Assembly (NCBI GenBank): GCA_002269645.1
Contig: NIVC01000336.1
Location: 1-20,995 of the forward strand
Direction of reading: 5' to 3'
DNA: 20,995 nt
DNA from: Macrostomum lignano
Taxonomy: Eukaryota
The position numbers were made by a program, and so were the translations under genes. Under the pieces are notes generated by a model. The model searched no databases. It saw only the letters and a list, made by a program, of their open reading frames with translations, and was not told where the DNA came from. Below are positions 19,997 through 20,995 of the stretch, piece by piece. The number at the start of each line of letters is the position of its first letter. Position 1 is the first letter of the stretch.

Positions 19997-20879
19997 CTAG
20001 TGCCTATACTGCGGCTATTCCGCCTACTGATGGAAGGGCGCAAAAATCAGCCATATATGCTTCGACATTGCAGTCAAATACATAGCAGTGTTAGGCTGCT
20101 CAGTGTGCACAGGTTTGGTTCTGACGGAGCCATTCAGCCAGGGTCAGAAGAATGCACACACAGCCACTGAGCAGTTAAATGCTTGCGCAATGCTTGGCAC
20201 AGTGCGTCCACCTAAAAAGCTCAGAGTCAGTTTAAAGCGAGAATATGCAGAACGCAGTTGTGGCGCAATTATAATTAGAATGAAAATTCAGCCAGTCAAG
20301 AATTCAACCTTGCTTGGCCTTTCATTAAAAGCATTCGAAAAGCTCGTTTTTCGAATATTTAATACCTTTAACATTAAAGCACCTACAAGAAATTTTAACT
20401 GTCTTCTTTTCAGACAATTTTGAATGTTTTGGCGAAAACGCGATCAAAATTGGTCAAGAATTGCAGTCTGTAGAGCGTTTTACATGGACATAGATTAGAG
20501 TTTTAGAATATGCCCAGCATTCAGAGTAATTTTATTTTTGACCCCTGGTATGGTTGCGCAATTTAAATAAAGTAATTATCTGGGCAGTGGGCTCACTGAG
20601 TTTTCTGATCAGTTGGCTCTGGCGCAATCATTAAAATTGGCTGTGAAATTCTCTCGCTGCGAGCAGGTTGATAAAAAATACATTGAATTCGCCCATTTAA
20701 AACAGATTTTCGAATATTTAATCCCTTTAGCATTGAAGCAGATACAAGAAATTTTAACCATACAATCCCAGGCTGATTACAAATCTTTTGGCGAAAACGC
20801 GATGAAAATCGGTGAAGAATTGCAATCTCTAGAGCGTTATGGACAAACATACAAACCTTAGAGATTTAGTATATTTAGA
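19997..20879 (-). mobile_element. Probable non-autonomous Helitron (HLE1)-like sequence(s) flanking the big element; two diverged 5'-end blocks
   Basis: The minus strand starts A|TCTAAATATACTAAATCTCTAAGGTTTGTATGTTTGTCC at 20879. Blocks 20349-20512 and 20708-20876 are diverged direct copies and are homologous to 7991-8140 of the nested Helitron. Possible 3' end: GCGG-AATAG-CCGC (+20011-20023), 10 nt, CTAG (+19997-20000), though followed by G rather than T. Confidence 0.5.
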
Positions 20880-20960
20880 TAGAAGATAGAAGATAGAAGA
20901 TAGAAAGATAGAAGATAGATTAGAGATTTAGTATATTTAGATTTAGAAGAAGATAGAGAG
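20876..20960. repeat. (AGAAGAT)n microsatellite between two copies of a 23-bp Helitron-like 5' tip
   Basis: agaagat repeats at 20881-20918. TTAGAGATTTAGTATATTTAGAT occurs at 20858-20880 and 20920-20942. Confidence 0.85.
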
Positions 20961-20995
20961 ATATTGAGGTGGGGGTGGAGAAGAATAAAACAAAA

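Noticed and set aside
19955-20861. ORFs 19955, 20088, 20593 and 20613
   Set aside because: They span the element's 3' terminus and non-coding Helitron-like repeats, with no recognisable protein features.

Overview
Eukaryotic DNA, apparently an animal or other intron-containing genome; the host cannot be identified from this window. The window is dominated by what looks like one complete ~18.7-kb rolling-circle transposon of the Helitron2/Helentron (HLE2) type at ~1259-19989, + strand. It is bounded by a perfect 13-bp subterminal inverted repeat (1260-1272 / 19956-19968), a long 5' hairpin, a short 3' hairpin and flanking T|T. It encodes an intact RepHel transposase that is spliced: exons 7345-7423, 8203-8574 and 8760-14788 give 2159 aa, so the track's TTG start at 8744 is probably not the real start. 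The protein carries an AT-hook-like motif, a UIM-like helix, an OTU cysteine protease, a basic linker with an HMGN-like RRSSRLSAK motif, a C4 Zn finger, an HUH/Y2 Rep and a PIF1 helicase, and lacks the C-terminal AP endonuclease of classical Helentrons. Inside the element are a near-identical 2.43-kb tandem duplication starting in a 22-bp hairpin, a 630-bp canonical Helitron (HLE1) nested antisense in intron 1, and a 4.2-kb 15-bp satellite starting just after the stop codon. The flanks hold a (CTACT)n tract interrupted by a probable tRNA-derived SINE, and further Helitron-like 5' ends. The other small ORFs in the track look spurious.
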